Shown here: positions 61,959 to 64,000 of the stretch, in pieces
Numbering within the stretch: the first letter of the stretch is position 1
Layout: each line of letters begins with the position of its first letter
DNA from: Macrostomum lignano
Taxonomy: Eukaryota
Assembly (NCBI GenBank): GCA_002269645.1
Contig: NIVC01000763.1
Location: forward strand, 372,001 to 436,000
Direction: 5' to 3'
Length of the DNA stretch: 64,000 nucleotides
The notes under the pieces: model-generated
Databases searched by the model: none
What the model saw: the letters and a program-made list of their open reading frames with translations, nothing else
What the model was told of the DNA's origin: nothing
Made by a program: the position numbers and the translations under genes

Positions 61959-62199
61959 TCTTTCAATATTTTTAGCTATTGGTAGTCTCGCAAGAATTAC
62001 TCGTAGAATTGCTAGCAACAACTTTCCACTGTGCAGATGTCTGTCCGTCATACTTCGTCAGGCTCGGAAGAGACTTAAATAGTCGATAGGATCGATTGTG
62101 GCTGACCAATCGCAGCCGCCTATTTTAATAGCTCAATCGACAAGCCACTGTTTTCAATAACAATGAGCATAGTTGAGCTGTTCATGCTCATTTGTAAAT

Positions 62200-63960
62200 C
62201 AAGATGTCGCACCCGGTTCTTAAATCTGAAAGATCTGTTCAAAGTTTTCTAAAAAATCACATCAAGCCCCATGTTGATGCCGAAGTTTTCAAGAGGATCG
62301 TGCCCAGCGGTAGTCAGCCTGGTCAGATGTACGGATTGTGTAAAGTCCACAAACCTGACATGCCGTTAAGGCCGATTGTTTCTATGGTTAACACAGCTGA
62401 ATATGAGCTCGCTAAATTCCTTGACGATCTTATCAAGCCTCACATTGTCCGTGATCATTCGGTTAGGTCGAATAGAGAATTCGTTGAATCGATTAGCCAA
62501 ATCCAATTAAGCGGTAAAGAATTGTTGTTTAGCTACGATGTGACTTCCCTGTTTACTAACATCCCGGTTGAATTTGCGATTGACCTGGCCACTGACCTTG
62601 TCTACCAGAATAACCCTCTGACTATTCCTAAGAATGCTTTAAAAAGATGCTTGGTCTTGCGGTCTCTGGCATTTTCATGTTTGAAAACCAATACTACCGC
62701 CAAATTGACGGTGTCGCTATGGGGTGTCCTCTTGCCCCTACGCTTGCTGATCTGTGCATGAGCCATTGAGAGACTGAATGGATGAAGCTCCCTAATGCCC
62801 CACGGTTTTATAAGCGTTATGTTGACGATACTTTTGCTGCTTTTGACAATAAAAAAGACCACGACAAGTTTCTTACCACTATCAACTCCACCCACCCGAA
62901 CATCAAGTTCACCGTTGAGGGCGGAGGCAAGAATCTCGCTTTTCTTGATACCGAGGTTGACTGCTCTGGACACCGTCCTCTCGTGAAAGTTTACCGTAAA
63001 CCGACGTTTACTGGACTGATGTTAAATTTTCATGCTTTATGCCCGTCTCACTGGAAAGTCGGGTTAGTTAGGTGCCCTCTTCACAGAGCCTACGAGGTGA
63101 GCAGTTCTTGGAGTTTATTCCACCATGAGGTTCGTGCCCTGACTAAAATCCTCAGATCCAATGGTTACCCTCTCAGTTTTGTCAGCCGCATTATCAATGC
63201 GTTTGTCAACAAGAAAGTTTCCAGCGATGTGAGATCCAGGCAATCTGAGATGATTCTTGGGACGCTCTGTTGGTTCTCCCATTTTTTGGTAACGTTTCGC
63301 TTGACTTCAGGAAAAAAATTGAGAAAACATTTAACAAATGGCTTAAGTGCACCGTTAGGAGTGTTTTTCGCACTGAAAAGATTGGTTGCTATGCTAGCAG
63401 GCTCAAGTCAACTGTTCCACTTGCTCTAAGGGCTGGTGTTGTTTACCAATTTCGCTGCTCTGAGGATCAGAGCGTTTCCTACATTGGAAAAACGAAGCGA
63501 CACCTGCACACTAGAGCTAGGGAACATTGGCTAAAAAGCTCTGCGATTAATGACCATCTGCTTGTTTGTAAAAATTTTGTGACGGTGAACCGATTCAGCT
63601 CTTTAAAGTGCTGGATGGGTGCAAATTTGACCATAAGCTTAAGATTATTGAAGCTTCTTATATCAGAATGCACAAACCCAACATGAATGTGCAGCTTGCT
63701 GGCAATGGGGTGGAGCGTGAGCTAAGAGTACTGTGAGCAGAGCCATGCCTATTTTTTTCTCTCTCTCCCTTTGTTATGTACTTGGCACTTTTGAAATTCT
63801 ACCGGACTGTTTTGACCCGCCTTTGGACTGTACAGTTTGTTTTGCTTAAATATATTGGTGCTGAAAATTAAGGTTAGTTGAATTTGCCCTGACGACGTCT
63901 TGTGTTTGACGAAACGCGTTGGCTAAAAAGAAAATTTTATTTTATGTTTTTGTTGACGTT
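62200..63960 (+). mobile_element. Penelope-like retroelement (RT + GIY-YIG endonuclease), 5'-truncated and frameshifted, with 3' pseudo-LTR
   Basis: [74 protein letters not shown]; at least four frame breaks. Confidence 0.92.
63886..63923 (+). ncRNA. Minimal type I hammerhead ribozyme in the Penelope 3' region
   Basis: GCC-CTGACGA-C-GTC-TTGTGTTT-GAC-GAA-ACGCGT-T-GGC: conserved CUGANGA and GAAA core, stem I GCC/GGC, stem II GTC/GAC, palindromic stem III ACGCGT, predicted GUU cleavage after 63920. Confidence 0.8.
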
Positions 63961-64000
63961 TATTTTCCTACTAAATACTCTTTCTACATAGGCTTGGTCC

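Overview
Eukaryotic (metazoan) genomic DNA: spliced GC-rich exons, minisatellite-stuffed introns and dense transposon debris. This style suggests a free-living flatworm such as Macrostomum, but that is inference only. Host genes: last exon of RPS10; a 3-exon MFS-type transporter; an intronless orphan ending in a CaaX motif; a complete 14-exon TMEM131 (about 1865 aa, phases consistent) with an intronic tRNA-Gly(CCC); a damaged plakin-like gene with an unfamiliar 25-aa repeat tail; and a secreted PAN/apple + F-type lectin on the minus strand. Mobile DNA: hAT MITE, tRNA-derived SINE, mariner and Gypsy remnants, a truncated Crypton tyrosine recombinase, a near-complete Mag-type Gypsy whose 5' LTR is reduced to 21 bp, and a Penelope-like element with a minimal hammerhead ribozyme. 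The most striking structure is 40092-53805. Two long inverted arms carrying G-quadruplex-type arrays enclose a nested stack: an intron-bearing P-superfamily element (8-bp TSD) holds a hAT derivative (8-bp TSD), which holds a Mutator-like MITE (9-bp TSD). All alignments were done by eye; no searches were run.
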